Assembly: GCA_044356215.1 (NCBI GenBank)
Contig: JBIKWQ010000006.1
Coordinates: 1 to 64,000 of the forward strand
DNA from: Bdellovibrionota bacterium
Lineage (GTDB): Bacteria; Bdellovibrionota_C; UBA2361; OMII01
Direction of reading: 5' to 3'
DNA: 64,000 nucleotides
The position numbers and the translations under genes are program-made. The stretch's first letter is position 1. The number at the start of each line of letters is the position of its first letter. The notes below the pieces were generated by a model. That model saw nothing but the letters and a program-made list of their open reading frames with translations. It did not search any database and was not told the DNA's origin. Positions 61,639-64,000 of this stretch are shown here, piece by piece.

Positions 61639-63343
61639 CGCCTAGAGCCTCCACTGCTCCCAGCACCTGATCCTGAACTATTCTTCGCGACTCCGCCAGC
61701 TCCTTCTCTCGATAGCTCCGCTCTATGGCGATAACTGCCGGAGCAAGATATTCCCACTCCCCCGCCGAGATGCCAAAGGTATCAAGCATCTCTTTAAACG
61801 CCTGATTCAAACGTTCATAGGTGCCACCCTTGTCGCACTTCTCGCTCTGCGCCGACTTCATAAGTTGCTCTAACAGCTCTTGATCGGGCCTTCGGTTCTT
61901 GTCTATTAATCCCTTCCTCCTGGCGAATGAATAGGCGACAGAAACACTGAAGAGCTGCTTTAAAGCCGTATCGGCGACCTCCATATGGGTCAGACAGAGG
62001 ATCTCTGGGAGCTGCTGTTGCACAACTTCTTGCTGTTCTTCTGTATCCATGAAGTATGGCCGGTCATCAGCCCCACCATCGGCGATTCGTTGGACCGTGA
62101 CCCGTGGCCATTCATCCTCAGATTGCGGGCGATACTCTCCGCCATTAGCTTGGGTCCAGGGAAGATTCTGATCTCCATCTGGCCTACCAAAAAGATCTTT
62201 GTAGAGCAAAGAAGATGCGGTGCTTCCTATCAACTCATCCCAGCGACACGGGTCACAATAGCAATCAACAAATTTTTGCAGGGCTACGGTTAGAAGGCTT
62301 TGGCGGTCGTCTTTATGCCTGGTTCTTAATTGCTCACACACCTTAAATTGTTGATTCTCGCTCTCAAAGTATAATCTCAGAAAATTGAACAAAGCTTTGC
62401 TATAAAAAAAAGCTCCCACGGTCATAATCAGTGATTCTAATTTATTCGGCCACAGCTCGAAACTTAGTTGAGATAAAACTGGTAAGATGATGGCGGAGCC
62501 TCGAGCTAAATCTCGCATGAATTTGGATTGAGTCTCGCTTTTTTGCCTAAAAATTTCTTTCTCCATCTCGCTTCGATCTTGATCCAAAACATGGTCCTGG
62601 ATATCAACCAAGGCAAAGAACCTGTTAATGTGGCTTAGCTTTCTAACCTGGTCCTTGCTTGCGATCCCACACAGTCCCGCAATTAAGTCCGCGTAATTTG
62701 GTATTTCGCCTGCGGGCACTACTAGTCTACTCTGCGCCTTCACAAAACTTCCCGGAACATGAGCGCAATACAGGGATGACTTTTGCGCACTGAACGCATC
62801 GAGGTGCACTTCATCGCGCTCTTCATCTCGCTGGAGCGGATTCTTTGGAACTTGAAACATATCTTTAAGAGGACAGTATTCTCGCCCCCAAAGCCTCGAA
62901 GCGGACCAAAATATAGTGTCCGCACTTTTCTTGAGTTCGCCGAGAATTTTTTTAACTACCAAAAAAGCAAATTTGTCGTCTTTTTCTAAACGTGTCAGGG
63001 TTTTCTGTAGCGCCGCGGATCTTTCCATCTGATCCTCATTAGCGTTAGATGGGAGGGCAACATGGCTTAGAATTTTTTTCACCAATTGATTTTCAGCTAG
63101 GCGCGGATTCAATGAATTCAGATCGAGCTGTTTAAGGATTTCAGGACACGCACGTTCCGCTACGCCCTGCTCTCCGAGAAGAGCGAATAGGAAGTTGTAT
63201 TGGAGACTGGGTGGGCATAGCCCCTCCCATGATAGGTAATAGCTCTTTCCACCATCGCGTTGCGATACTTTATCAGCGTCTACACGAAACTCATGGCAAT
63301 CTTTACCTTCGCCAAAACTGACCGTAACAACAGACGCGGCCAT
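61613..63343 (-). CDS. Orphan hypothetical protein, mostly helical with a central hydrophobic hairpin
   Basis: 576-aa ORF with agagga RBS; no motif recognised. Confidence 0.65.
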   Translation of the reverse strand: MAASVVTVSFGEGKDCHEFRVDADKVSQRDGGKSYYLSWEGLCPPSLQYNFLFALLGEQGVAERACPEILKQLDLNSLNPRLAENQLVKKILSHVALPSNANEDQMERSAALQKTLTRLEKDDKFAFLVVKKILGELKKSADTIFWSASRLWGREYCPLKDMFQVPKNPLQRDEERDEVHLDAFSAQKSSLYCAHVPGSFVKAQSRLVVPAGEIPNYADLIAGLCGIASKDQVRKLSHINRFFALVDIQDHVLDQDRSEMEKEIFRQKSETQSKFMRDLARGSAIILPVLSQLSFELWPNKLESLIMTVGAFFYSKALFNFLRLYFESENQQFKVCEQLRTRHKDDRQSLLTVALQKFVDCYCDPCRWDELIGSTASSLLYKDLFGRPDGDQNLPWTQANGGEYRPQSEDEWPRVTVQRIADGGADDRPYFMDTEEQQEVVQQQLPEILCLTHMEVADTALKQLFSVSVAYSFARRKGLIDKNRRPDQELLEQLMKSAQSEKCDKGGTYERLNQAFKEMLDTFGISAGEWEYLAPAVIAIERSYREKELAESRRIVQDQVLGAVEALGDDKSSVSR

Positions 63344-63445
63344 ATACCTAATTCCTCTATAGGCTAGTTTCCGCTTCGAATGGGCGGCGCACCTTATAAA
63401 GTCTATTACACCCCCAAAATCTAATAAAGACTTGAGTTGTCAAGA

Positions 63446-63597
63446 TAGGGCGTCGCAGTTCTTTTCACCAGAGAGGACGCAGGGAATAGGCCATTTTATA
63501 GGCAATTATGGAGATTCTCTGCGTCCTTGGCGTCCTCTGTAGTAGAAATATTTTACTAATTATCCCAGGAGCTTACCAAAAACACTGCGACACCGTG
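63446..63597 (+). mobile_element. MITE-like palindromic element, copy 4 (more diverged)
   Basis: tagggcgtcgcagtt ... acactgcgacacc; one 9-bp unit missing from the left arm. Confidence 0.75.
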
Positions 63598-63642
63598 TTT
63601 TTACCAGACGATCTTATCTTCTTAAGATTTAAAATAGCTGAC

Positions 63643-64000
63643 TCAAACCGCCACACCCTCCCGCACACGCATCACAATCTCCTCAAGCCTGGCGCGCTGG
63701 GTTCCCAGCGTTAGCCTAAAGTAGCGCGGATCACCCCCAAAACGATGCCCACCGGCGACACCTACTCCGAAGTTTTTTAAGTGACTCTCGATATCTTTAA
63801 TCCCTGTCTTAGTCGCGTCGATCCACGCTAGATAGGTCGCCTCAAGGGGAGCCATTGAGAGGCCCGGAATAGAATTAAACTCGCGCAGACAATACTCGTG
63901 ATTAGCGCGGAGGTATTTAATCAACTCAAGCCGCCACTCCTCACAATCTCGGTAGGCTATCAGAGCAGCGCGGCCTCCAAATACATTAACTGAAGGTAGC
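63643..64000 (-). CDS. PatB/MalY family PLP-dependent C-S lyase, C-terminal part (runs off the window)
   Basis: YLRAN, LEATYLAWID, G..FGG, FRLTLG. Confidence 0.8.
   Translation of the reverse strand, partial: LPSVNVFGGRAALIAYRDCEEWRLELIKYLRANHEYCLREFNSIPGLSMAPLEATYLAWIDATKTGIKDIESHLKNFGVGVAGGHRFGGDPRYFRLTLGTQRARLEEIVMRVREGVAV

Overview
Bacterial chromosomal window of roughly 50% GC (by eye), mostly housekeeping. The gene complement (PilT, zinc-ribbon/DUF3426-like protein, DUF151 nuclease, sigma54-type flagellin promoter, secreted S1 protease) suggests a deltaproteobacterial/Bdellovibrionota-like lineage; this is an inference. Recognisable genes: pilT, mfd, surA, PMM/PGM, an initiator tRNA-Met, purM-like, rluB-scpB-scpA-rlmB, tatA, yggS, maf, guaB, the mreBCD-mrdA-rodA cluster, rplS, cobB, fbaB, two short tandem flagellins, ung, rsgA, lspA and an OmpA/glycine-zipper cluster. 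I saw no CRISPR array, integrase, transposase or prophage. The unusual parts are: (i) a ~163-bp MITE-like element with terminal and nested inverted repeats (4 full copies plus 1 internally deleted copy) and other intergenic palindrome families; (ii) two intact but apparently catalytically dead paralogues, a UvrA-like protein without ATPase motifs and a DEAD-box protein with only its C-terminal half; (iii) an orphan OPR/RAP-like helical-repeat protein; (iv) a HEPN-MNT toxin-antitoxin pair whose toxin has lost its catalytic core; (v) an HTTM-NPCBM fusion protein. All family calls come from motif recognition by eye, not from database searches.
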